Assembly (NCBI GenBank): GCA_964435035.1
Contig: CAYSXR010000001.1
Span: forward strand, 144,192 to 208,191
Length of the DNA: 64,000 bases
Direction: 5' to 3'
Origin: an uncultured Gammaproteobacteria bacterium
Lineage (GTDB): Bacteria; Patescibacteriota; Patescibacteriia; Magasanikbacterales; UBA922
The notes beneath the pieces are model-generated. The model did no database searches. It saw nothing but the letters and a program-made list of their open reading frames with translations, and was not told the DNA's origin. The position numbers were made by a program, and so were the translations under genes. Of the stretch, positions 29,665-37,797 are shown in pieces. How positions within the stretch are numbered: the first letter of the stretch is position 1; each line of letters starts with the position of its first letter.

Positions 29665-32600
29665 ATGAAATTGAGTATAAAAAAAGGTAAAAATAAAAAA
29701 AATAGTGCACGAGAATCCGCACATATTTTGTGGTTTGAAGAAATTGGAATTACTGATATTCCATTGGTTGGTGGAAAAAATGCGTCATTGGGGGAAATGT
29801 ATACTGGACTCAGATCAAAAAATATTGCAGTTCCGAATGGTTTTGCAATTACCGCAAAAGCGTATTGGGATTTTTTCGAAGCTCATGGATTAAATAAGAT
29901 AATCAAGAAAGAAATTAAAGGATTGAATGTACTTAAAATTAAAGATTTGAATCGAGTGGGAAAAAAGATACGATCACTCATTATTAACGCAAAATTTCCT
30001 GACGATTTACAAAAAGAAATTATTGAAGCGTACGAATCACTTAAAAAACAAGAAGGAGTAACTCATCTTTCAGTAGCGGTGCGATCGAGTGCAACTGCAG
30101 AAGATTTACCTGATGCAAGCTTTGCGGGTCAGCAAGAAACATATTTGAATATCGAAGGCCATGATGAATTATTGATTGCGGTAAAAAAATGTATTGCATC
30201 TCTATTCACTGATCGTGCGATTTCTTATCGTGAAACCAAAGGATTTGATCACATGGCAGTTGCTCTCTCGGTGACCGTGCAGACTATGGTTCGGTCAGAT
30301 GTGGGAGTCTCAGGAGTAATGTTCACGATTGATACTGAATCTGGTTTCCCTGGAGTAGTGCTTATTAATGCGTCATACGGGTTGGGTGAATATGTAGTCA
30401 AAGGTCAGGTAACTCCGGATCAGTTTTATGTGTTTAAAGAAGGTGTAAGAAAAGGGAAATCAGCAATTATCAGTAGAATCTTTGGTTCAAAAGAAGTGAA
30501 GTTGGTATATGGAAAACGCCTCACTACTCAAAATATTGTTCCGGCTGCTGATCGTCATAGATTGTGTATTTCAGATGAAGATGTGCTCACTCTTGCAAAA
30601 TGGGGGATGGAGATTGAGAAATTTTATAATAAAGCCCAAGATATTGAATGGGCAAAAGATGGTGTTACTGGGAAATTATATATCGTTCAGGCACGACCTG
30701 AAACAGTTCAGTCCCAAGCAAATCATGCGGTTATTGAGTCGTACGAGCTGAAAGAAAAAGGAAAATTAATTGCTCGCGGTATCTCAATTGGACAAAAAAT
30801 TGGGGCAGGTGTCGCGCGTATTATCAATGATCCTCGAGACATGAAGCTGTTTAAAAAAGGTGAAGTATTGGTAACCCGTATCACTGATCCTGATTGGGAG
30901 CCGATTATGCGTCTTGCGAGTGCAATTGTAACTGAACAAGGAGGAAAAACAAGTCATGCAGCAATTGTATCTCGTGAATTGGGAGTCCCTTGTGTAGTGG
31001 GTACCAAACAAGCACGTGCACTGATCAAAACAGGAGTAAAAGTAACGGTTTCGTGTGCTGAAAGCGAAGAGGGGCATGTGTATAAAGGCATGCTTCCGTT
31101 TGAAGTAAAAAAAACCACAATTACTGATATTGCAAAGACCAAGACTAAAATCATGATGAATGTGGGAGATCCGGATCATGCATTTGCATTATCATATTTA
31201 CCAAACGATGGAGTAGGACTTGCGCGCGAAGAATTTATATTTTCTAATTTTATTAGAATTCATCCACAAGCTCTCCTTAATTTTGACAAACTTAAAGATA
31301 AAAAAGCAAAAAAGAAAATTTCTGAATTAACTGTCGGGTACAAAGATAAACGCCAGTACGGAGTGGATAAACTCGCCGATGGTATTGCACGTATTGCTGC
31401 TGCATTCTACCCTCGCGATGTCATTGTACGTCTGTCTGATTTCAAAACCAATGAATACGCCACCTTGATTGGGGGGCTCGAATTTGAACCTAAAGAAGAA
31501 AATCCAATGATTGGTTGGCGTGGAGCTTCTCGGTATTATTCAGAGGAATATAAGACTGCATTTGGTATCGAGTGTGAAGCATTGAAAAAAGTTCGAAGCG
31601 ATTGGGGACTCAATAATGTAATTGTCATGGTGCCATTTTGTCGTACTCCAGAAGAAGGGAAGAATGTATTGAAAACCATGGCGGATTTTGGACTCAAACA
31701 AGGTGAAGATAAATTACAGGTCTATGTCATGTGTGAAATCCCATCAAACGTCATACTTGCAGAAGAATTCGCGAAAATTTTTGATGGATTCAGTATCGGA
31801 TCTAATGATTTAACGCAGTTGACGCTTGGGGTAGATCGTGATTCTGCATTAGTAAGCCATGTGTATGATGAGAAGAATAGTGCGGTAATGACACTGATCA
31901 AGCAGGTGATCAGAGTAGCTCATAAACATAAACGAAAAATTGGAATTTGTGGCCAAGCGCCAAGTGATTATCCAGAGTTTGCTGAATTTCTTGTGCGTGA
32001 AGGAATCGATAGCATCTCACTCAATCCAGATACGGTATTAGCAACACGCGCACGCATTGCAAAGACAGAAAAGAAAGTAGGTATGCGTGGCGGTACCACG
32101 AATCATAAATTTTTGACACTAGTATTTCTACTTGGGGTTTGCTCAGCAAGTATGATACTTCTTGGTGGTGGTTGCGGTGCAATCAAATCTGACAATTCGG
32201 TAAATACAATTACAACAGAATTAAGTCCGGCGCAAGTGAGAGCACAGTTTGAAGCGCGTGCATTGAGTGAGGCAGAAGAGCGTATTGAATCGAAACGAAG
32301 CACAATGACTATCTCCTCGCTAGGGTCATTTAAAGTTTCGTATCCACAAACGTGGGCAGTTGAAGAGCTTTCGAGTGTGCCAGGATATATGTTTTCAAAA
32401 CCTGAATCAAAAGCGCAGGTCGTAGTGGTAAAACAGAAAAAGTCTTCGACTACTGTGTCAGATGGTACTTCCTCCGTAGAGACTGCCGATACAGGTTTGT
32501 CTGCTGGAACAGTTGATAAGAATACTGCAAGCTCATACATCATAGTTGGTGAAAATACGCTAGAAGTCGAATATCGAAAAACTGAAGAGGGAACTGTTCT

Positions 32601-32802
32601 TACTGCAGTACATATTCCTCTTGATGAGGAAGAAGAATTATTTGTGTATGGGACACCAGGAAATGAATTTAATGACATTGTAGAAAGTCTTACGTTCACT
32701 GATCCTGAGGTGGCACCACCTCAAATATTACCAGATGCAGGAGAAGCTTGTATCCATGTAACACCTGATTCGGGTGGAAGTGATGCTGTTAGTTGTTACT
32801 AA
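29665..32802 (+). CDS. ppsA: Phosphoenolpyruvate synthase with in-frame C-terminal signal-peptide/lipobox extension
   Basis: VGGKNASLGEM, phospho-His TSHAAIVSRELGVPCVVG and CGQAPSDYPEF. The PpsA-like part ends near aa 806 (..SLNPDTVLATRARIAKTEKK). The frame then continues MRGGTTNHKFLTLVFLLGVCSASMILLGGGCG... for a further 239 aa. Confidence 0.85.
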   Translation: MKLSIKKGKNKKNSARESAHILWFEEIGITDIPLVGGKNASLGEMYTGLRSKNIAVPNGFAITAKAYWDFFEAHGLNKIIKKEIKGLNVLKIKDLNRVGKKIRSLIINAKFPDDLQKEIIEAYESLKKQEGVTHLSVAVRSSATAEDLPDASFAGQQETYLNIEGHDELLIAVKKCIASLFTDRAISYRETKGFDHMAVALSVTVQTMVRSDVGVSGVMFTIDTESGFPGVVLINASYGLGEYVVKGQVTPDQFYVFKEGVRKGKSAIISRIFGSKEVKLVYGKRLTTQNIVPAADRHRLCISDEDVLTLAKWGMEIEKFYNKAQDIEWAKDGVTGKLYIVQARPETVQSQANHAVIESYELKEKGKLIARGISIGQKIGAGVARIINDPRDMKLFKKGEVLVTRITDPDWEPIMRLASAIVTEQGGKTSHAAIVSRELGVPCVVGTKQARALIKTGVKVTVSCAESEEGHVYKGMLPFEVKKTTITDIAKTKTKIMMNVGDPDHAFALSYLPNDGVGLAREEFIFSNFIRIHPQALLNFDKLKDKKAKKKISELTVGYKDKRQYGVDKLADGIARIAAAFYPRDVIVRLSDFKTNEYATLIGGLEFEPKEENPMIGWRGASRYYSEEYKTAFGIECEALKKVRSDWGLNNVIVMVPFCRTPEEGKNVLKTMADFGLKQGEDKLQVYVMCEIPSNVILAEEFAKIFDGFSIGSNDLTQLTLGVDRDSALVSHVYDEKNSAVMTLIKQVIRVAHKHKRKIGICGQAPSDYPEFAEFLVREGIDSISLNPDTVLATRARIAKTEKKVGMRGGTTNHKFLTLVFLLGVCSASMILLGGGCGAIKSDNSVNTITTELSPAQVRAQFEARALSEAEERIESKRSTMTISSLGSFKVSYPQTWAVEELSSVPGYMFSKPESKAQVVVVKQKKSSTTVSDGTSSVETADTGLSAGTVDKNTASSYIIVGENTLEVEYRKTEEGTVLTAVHIPLDEEEELFVYGTPGNEFNDIVESLTFTDPEVAPPQILPDAGEACIHVTPDSGGSDAVSCY

Positions 32803-32898
32803 AAAATAAATCAAACACCTCCTTGTGGGGTGTTTTTGTAATACTTTGTTCTCATTGAATAAAACATAAAAAATTGGTATTCTAAGAATACTAATTCT

Positions 32899-34224
32899 AT
32901 GAAAAAATGGTCCCAAAAAATAACTTGCATTCTCATGCTTTTTAGCATGTCTATTGTGGTTTTTTTTGGTAGACCTGTGTATAGTTCAATCGAAGAACAG
33001 AAAGAGTTACAACAGGAGCTCAAAAATATCGAAGCAGAGATTGGGAAGCTTGAACAAGAAATTACAACTACAAAAGGCGAAAAGAAAACACTTGCAAGTA
33101 AGATTCAACAACTTAAACAAGAACAAAATAAAATTAAGCTTCAGATACAGGCAACTGCCCTGCACATTAAAGACCTGGAAAATAAAATTGATGTCACTCT
33201 TGATGAAATACAAAAGAATGAAGAAAAAAGTGAGGAGCTTAAAAATAATTTAGGCGTATTACTTCGTCTCTTGTACCAGAGAAATCAGGAAGCGCGGGCG
33301 TTTCGATTAATATTGCAGGGAAAGCTTAGTGATGCGATTGTTGAAGTAAGAAATTTGGAACGGTTGTCTGATTCAATCGGGGAGTTACTGGATGATGCAA
33401 AAAAAGTACGGAAAGATCTTGAAGTGCAGAAAGAGAAGTATGCGACTGACCAGGAAGACGCAAGTGAACTTTTGAAGCTTGTAGAAGCGGAGGGTGGTTC
33501 ACTTACGGGTAAGCTGCAGGAACAAGCAAAATTATTGAAGAGTACACAAGGCAAAGAAGAAAATTATCAGAGTCAGCTTCAGGATAATAAAAAACGCGCA
33601 GCAGAAATCAAGAGTCGAATTTATGAGCTTCTTGATGTGGGTACGCAAATTACCTTTGGTGAAGCGGTAACCATTTCTGAATGGGTGAGTGGACAGATTG
33701 GTGTGCCAGCTTCGCTTCAGCTCGCAATTCTGACCCAAGAATCAAATCTAGGTAAAAATGTAGGAACCTGTAATCGTCTGGGCGACCCCCCTGAAAAAAG
33801 CTGGAAAGTGATTATGAAGCCTGAACGGGACCAAGAGCCGTTCAAAAAAATTACCGAAGAATTGGGAAAAGATCCGGATATTACACCGGTGTCTTGTCCT
33901 ATGCGGAATAAAGATGGTAGTCAGCTCGGATGGGGAGGTGCTATGGGTCCAGCACAATTTATTCCTTCGACATGGGTGGGGTATAAGGCTAAAGTTTCAG
34001 CAATTACGGGTAAAACTCCAGCAGACCCTTGGGATATTCGAGATGCATTTCTCGCCTCTGCCTTGCTTCTCAAGGCAAATGGAGCTGATGGTACTCGTGA
34101 CGGGAATTGGAAAGCCGCAATGCGCTATTTTTCAGGTGGAATCAATCCAAAATATAGTTTTTATGGGGATAATGTGATAGCTCTTTCGGATAAGTACGAG
34201 GAAGATATTAAAGCGTTGAAATAG
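32899..34224 (+). CDS. Coiled-coil protein with C-terminal lytic transglycosylase (MltB/SLT_2-like) domain
   Basis: Signal/TM, then about 230 aa of heptad coiled coil resembling the EnvC/PcsB N-terminal region, then LAILTQESNLG...GAMGPAQFIPSTW. Confidence 0.75.
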   Translation: MKKWSQKITCILMLFSMSIVVFFGRPVYSSIEEQKELQQELKNIEAEIGKLEQEITTTKGEKKTLASKIQQLKQEQNKIKLQIQATALHIKDLENKIDVTLDEIQKNEEKSEELKNNLGVLLRLLYQRNQEARAFRLILQGKLSDAIVEVRNLERLSDSIGELLDDAKKVRKDLEVQKEKYATDQEDASELLKLVEAEGGSLTGKLQEQAKLLKSTQGKEENYQSQLQDNKKRAAEIKSRIYELLDVGTQITFGEAVTISEWVSGQIGVPASLQLAILTQESNLGKNVGTCNRLGDPPEKSWKVIMKPERDQEPFKKITEELGKDPDITPVSCPMRNKDGSQLGWGGAMGPAQFIPSTWVGYKAKVSAITGKTPADPWDIRDAFLASALLLKANGADGTRDGNWKAAMRYFSGGINPKYSFYGDNVIALSDKYEEDIKALK

Positions 34225-34297
34225 CTCATAGCCAATAGGAGGAAAATGCGAATCGGTACTCTTAATTGGCTTTCTTGCTTTCTCTCTATGAACTAAT
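34224..34297. repeat. Intergenic repeat (family B, copy 2, inverted orientation)
   Basis: Its reverse complement shares aattagttcatag, agcaagaaag and ctattggctatga with 16651-16736. It fills the gap between convergent hydrolase genes. Confidence 0.6.
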
Positions 34298-34866
34298 TAA
34301 AATTGTTTCATTATCCACATCACCTCGTCAGGGTAGGATGGGATCACGGTGCCATTGTAGTAGTATAATTTTCTTTTGACCGAAGGAGTCGAATACCATC
34401 GAGCAGTTCTCGGATTATCTCCACACAAATTTTTGCCTACTTCCTGTATTGCTTCATCAATATTTTTGAAAGGAATTTGGGCTCCTCCCCAACCAAAAGG
34501 ATTATTATACTGCATCCGCTTTCCACCAGTGGATTCGCGTACTGCAATTGCAGGAAGCAATCGCCAATCCAGTCCGCAGCTATCAGCAACTGCAATAAAA
34601 CTTTTACCATATCCAGCAAGCGGCATGTTATATTTTTCAAAATACGCATCAATCCTGTCTGCTCGCTCGTCGGCAATTGTTGGCTCTGTATATATGCGTG
34701 CAATAATATATATTGTAAGTCCTCCGAGTATACTCAAGATAAGAATTGTGCTCATGAGGTGTCTGCGATAACGAAGAAAAAGTACGGGGAATACTGGCTG
34801 TTTTTTGATGCGACGGTTTTTTTTCTGTTGAATAGAAAGAGTACTTCGTTTTTTTGTACGGGGCAT
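34297..34866 (-). CDS. Membrane-anchored lysozyme-like protein (GH73 glucosaminidase-like, tentative)
   Basis: 189 aa with a basic N-terminus plus TM helix. AIAVRESTGGK...NNPFGWG resembles the ..ES.WG...NN.FG pattern of glucosaminidase domains. Confidence 0.6.
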   Translation of the reverse strand: MPRTKKRSTLSIQQKKNRRIKKQPVFPVLFLRYRRHLMSTILILSILGGLTIYIIARIYTEPTIADERADRIDAYFEKYNMPLAGYGKSFIAVADSCGLDWRLLPAIAVRESTGGKRMQYNNPFGWGGAQIPFKNIDEAIQEVGKNLCGDNPRTARWYSTPSVKRKLYYYNGTVIPSYPDEVMWIMKQF

Positions 34867-34941
34867 ACAAATATGTTATTGCACTAGTATACCATAACAT
34901 ACCCCGTGGGTGGGGTATGTTATGGTAGGTGTAGGGTGTGA

Positions 34942-36417
34942 TTAGAGTTTTCCCAAATTTAATTCTTCAGTGATACGAATTTGTTCGACAAAATCTGGCA
35001 TATGAGATACGAGGATGATTGTTCCTTCATATTCATTGATAGCTTCTGCAATCACCGGGATGTGTCTGAAATTGATATGGTTGGTAGGCTCATCAAGAAT
35101 GAGAAGTCCAGGTTTTTGCAATACAAATCGGGCATAGCAGAGTAATCCTTTTTGTCCTTCTGAGAGTGACCCGACCGTATTTTTCATAATGTCAGAAGTC
35201 AGAAGAAATTGTGCACCTGTCGCATATATTTCCTGATTATCAGGCACGTCCATCATCTGAGCAAGAGAATCATACACCGTAGCTTCAAAATCAAGCCCAG
35301 AGAAGTCTTGTCGGTAATAACCAATCTTTATTCCCGGAGCAATAGTCGCGTGATCAGCAGGTTCAAGTGCAAGTTCTTTCAAAAGCGTGCTTTTCCCAAC
35401 GCCATTAGGTCCGACAATTTGTAGTCTGTTTCCTTTCCACAGTTTAATGTCCACTTTTTTACTGATGCGTTTATGATTAATAATAGCGCCCACATTTGAA
35501 ATAGTCACAACCACTTCAGACCATGATTGCGCAGGAATTGTAAATGGGCGGATGGTTTTGTCATCACGTTTTACCTCAACCATGTTATCTTCATCCTCTT
35601 CAACTTGGTCTTTGAGTTTGCTTGCGAGTTTTCGCATCTTACCTCCTTTGTGTGCAAAGAAGTTTACTTTATCTTTTTTGTCTTGGATATTTTTTCGGAG
35701 TTGTGCATTTTTTCGTTCTTCACGTTCAATTTGCGCTTTAATTTCCTCGATCACATCGAAATAGTTTCCCACATATTGCTCAACTTTTTTGGTATGAAAG
35801 TCTACGTTCAAAACTCCATCAGTAAATGAATTCAAAAATGCTGCATCATGGGAAATAACAATAACCGTTCCTTCATACATCACGAGGAAGGCAGTGAGAT
35901 GTGCAATACCATCAGCATCAAGATTATTGGTAGGTTCATCAAGTAGAAGAATGTCAGGTTTCTGTATGAGTGCATATGCCAAGAGCAGGCGCGCGTGTTG
36001 TCCACCTGAGAGTTCTTTTACTTTCTTTTCAAGTGGAATGCTGAGGTCAACTACTGAAAGTACATCAGTAACCAGTTTTTCAAGGTTATACAGATGTTCA
36101 GAAAATGCAGTCGCAAAATATTCAAGAATAGTTAAATCAAAAAATTCTTTGGGCATGACCTGGAGCCCGATCGCAATAGTTGCGTTGTCTGTAATATGTA
36201 TATTACCTGAATTTGGTTTGAGGATGTCAGGTTTGGTAGAGCCAGAAGCACCGAGAATAAGCTTGAATATCGTACTTTTTCCTACACCATTTTGTCCCAT
36301 GATGGTAATTTTTGCATTTTCACGAACCGAAAAAGAAGCCCCATCAAGGATTTGTTTATCATCGGTATAGGCGAATGATACGTTATCAAAACGCACAATA
36401 ACATTGCCGTGGCTCAT
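34942..36417 (-). CDS. ABC-F family ATPase (two fused ABC domains, no TM)
   Basis: Two Walker A motifs (GQNGVGKST, GPNGVGKST), two signature motifs (LSGGQ, LSEGQ), two Walker B motifs (LLLDEPTN, LILDEPTN) and a charged linker. Confidence 0.9.
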   Translation of the reverse strand: MSHGNVIVRFDNVSFAYTDDKQILDGASFSVRENAKITIMGQNGVGKSTIFKLILGASGSTKPDILKPNSGNIHITDNATIAIGLQVMPKEFFDLTILEYFATAFSEHLYNLEKLVTDVLSVVDLSIPLEKKVKELSGGQHARLLLAYALIQKPDILLLDEPTNNLDADGIAHLTAFLVMYEGTVIVISHDAAFLNSFTDGVLNVDFHTKKVEQYVGNYFDVIEEIKAQIEREERKNAQLRKNIQDKKDKVNFFAHKGGKMRKLASKLKDQVEEDEDNMVEVKRDDKTIRPFTIPAQSWSEVVVTISNVGAIINHKRISKKVDIKLWKGNRLQIVGPNGVGKSTLLKELALEPADHATIAPGIKIGYYRQDFSGLDFEATVYDSLAQMMDVPDNQEIYATGAQFLLTSDIMKNTVGSLSEGQKGLLCYARFVLQKPGLLILDEPTNHINFRHIPVIAEAINEYEGTIILVSHMPDFVEQIRITEELNLGKL

Positions 36418-36492
36418 AGTGAAATAGTTCTAAAATAAATAACTCGCACGTAGGAGTTATTCTGGTGGACAGGTTTTTAGTAAAACAATAAG

Positions 36493-36566
36493 CGGGCTGG
36501 ACGGGACTCGAACCCGCAACTTCTGCCGTGACAGGGCAGTGCTCTAACCAGTTGAACTACCAGCCC
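36493..36566 (-). tRNA. tRNA-Asp (anticodon GUC)
   Basis: The reverse complement is GGGCUGGUAGUUCAACUGGUUAGAGCACUGCCCUGUCACGGCAGAAGUUGCGGGUUCGAGUCCCGUCCAGCCCG. Loop is CUGUCAC, discriminator is G, and CCA is not encoded. Confidence 0.9.
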
Positions 36567-36607
36567 GCTTATTGTTTTACACATGTAAGGAAAAGGCCTT
36601 GGATGAC

Positions 36608-36727
36608 TTATTTCTGTGCGGTTGCAGCAGCCTTACGTACGCGCTTCAACTTTTTTTTGTCGCGTGTAACTTTGTCCACTTTCCATTGTGCCTTCATTTT
36701 ATTTCTCATTTTTTTGCGCATTCCCAT
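36608..36727 (-). CDS. 39-aa highly basic protein (possible small ribosomal-type protein; absent from ORF track)
   Basis: Manual translation gives MGMRKKMRNKMKAQWKVDKVTRDKKKLKRVRKAAATAQK*. It has its own TTGACA-17-TATTAT promoter and lies next to the infC-rpmI-rplT operon and tRNA-Asp. Confidence 0.5.
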   Translation of the reverse strand: MGMRKKMRNKMKAQWKVDKVTRDKKKLKRVRKAAATAQK

Positions 36728-36771
36728 ATGAGGTAAAGATAACCAATTAAATATCTGTGTGAATGAAATAT

Positions 36772-36800
36772 ATAATACGTTTTTTTTACACGTTTGTCAA
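36772..36800 (-). promoter_or_regulatory. Sigma70-type promoter for the 39-aa ORF
   Basis: On the minus strand: ttgaca, a 17-nt spacer (aacgtgtaaaaaaaacg), then tattat. Confidence 0.6.
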
Positions 36801-36819
36801 TATGTAGAGGGTCGTCTAC

Positions 36820-36917
36820 AAAACAAAAGACCCTTAGTGTGTCCGGCGCGGCAAGGGAGCGAAGGAGGGGGCGCTCCCGCCATCGCCAAACACACTAAGA
36901 GTCTTTAAGTGTTAGTA
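36820..36917 (-). ncRNA. Candidate small RNA: GC-rich long hairpin with C-rich apical loop
   Basis: Minus-strand TTGACA (36948-36953) with an 18-nt spacer to TACTAT (36924-36929). Then a hairpin of about 67-80 nt (10-bp cuuagugugu/acacacuaag base, gggagcg/cgcuccc top, loop CCCCCUCCUU), followed by UCUUUUGUUUU. Confidence 0.4.
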
Positions 36918-37093
36918 TACAAAATAGTACCATCCCAGAATAAGACGTGTCAAGGGTAATTAAGCGAAAAAAATTCTTATTTTTAGGGGATTGTAAACTG
37001 TATACTAATTAGATAGTAAAAAATTTTTAAGTATTAGTTTATGTAATAATTTCACCGGGAATATTACGTATGAAGTGTTGCTGTGTATAAAAT

Positions 37094-37114
37094 AATCCCC
37101 CAGAATGGGGGATT
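37094..37114 (-). terminator. Rho-independent terminator of infC-rpmI-rplT
   Basis: aatccccc-agaat-gggggatt hairpin, followed on the minus strand by auuuuau. Confidence 0.7.
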
Positions 37115-37151
37115 AGATACTGTTGAGGAATTTTGTACTGCTTGTAAGTGT

Positions 37152-37496
37152 TTAGGAAACTGATTTTACTATTGCAGCAAATACTTTTGGATGTTTTTCA
37201 GCAATCTGTGAGAGTACTTTGCGGTCAAATACCATATCATTCTTTTTCAATGCTCCCATGAATTTACTATAAGACATTCCGTGCTTGCGGATTTCAGCAT
37301 TGATCTTTACCTGCCATAGATTTCGTGTCGTACGTTTTTTTACTCGACGATCACGATATGCGTGTGCTCCAGCTTTAGTATCTGCAGTTTTTGCAAGTTT
37401 CAATAATTTTTTGCGACCACCTTCAAATCCTTTCACCCGTTTGAGAATGTTTGAACGTCTTTTGGCATGTCGCATTCCTCGTTTTACTCGTGGCAT
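37152..37496 (-). CDS. rplT: 50S ribosomal protein L20
   Basis: 114 aa beginning MPRVKRGMRHAKRRSNILKRVKGFEGGRKK, as expected for L20. Confidence 0.92.
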   Translation of the reverse strand: MPRVKRGMRHAKRRSNILKRVKGFEGGRKKLLKLAKTADTKAGAHAYRDRRVKKRTTRNLWQVKINAEIRKHGMSYSKFMGALKKNDMVFDRKVLSQIAEKHPKVFAAIVKSVS

Positions 37497-37523
37497 ACTA
37501 TCTTAAATAAGTCTTTTAATGGG

Positions 37524-37742
37524 TTAGTTTGAAGCAGCGTAGGGGAGTGCTTTCAATACGGTGCGCTGCAACGGGGTAGAAGTACTTCGATCCCGGCGTT
37601 TGTTTCTGCGTACGCTTCCTGATTCACGGGAATTAAAATGGTCCTGTCCGTCAGTGCGTTTGAGGACTTTTAATCCGTTCTTTCGTGATTTCTTTACTTG
37701 AAATCTTTTTGCGGTTGCTTTATGAGTTTTGAGTTTAGGCAT
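37524..37742 (-). CDS. rpmI: 50S ribosomal protein L35
   Basis: 72 aa starting MPKLKTHKATAKRF. Confidence 0.9.
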   Translation of the reverse strand: MPKLKTHKATAKRFQVKKSRKNGLKVLKRTDGQDHFNSRESGSVRRNKRRDRSTSTPLQRTVLKALPYAASN

Positions 37743-37797
37743 ACAAATTCATTATGTGCGGGCTAGTATATAGTATTTTGTGTCAGGAGTCAAGAGC

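Noticed and set aside
36528-36731. Plus-strand 67-aa ORF.
   Set aside because: It starts inside tRNA-Asp and runs antisense to a better-supported 39-codon minus-strand ORF that has its own promoter.
36826-36906. GC-rich hairpin as SRP (4.5S) RNA, or as the rplT terminator.
   Set aside because: There is no GNRA tetraloop, and no conserved helix-8 symmetric or asymmetric loop sequence (AGCA/GGAA context) could be aligned by eye. rplT already has its own terminator at 37094-37114. It is kept only as an unclassified sRNA candidate.
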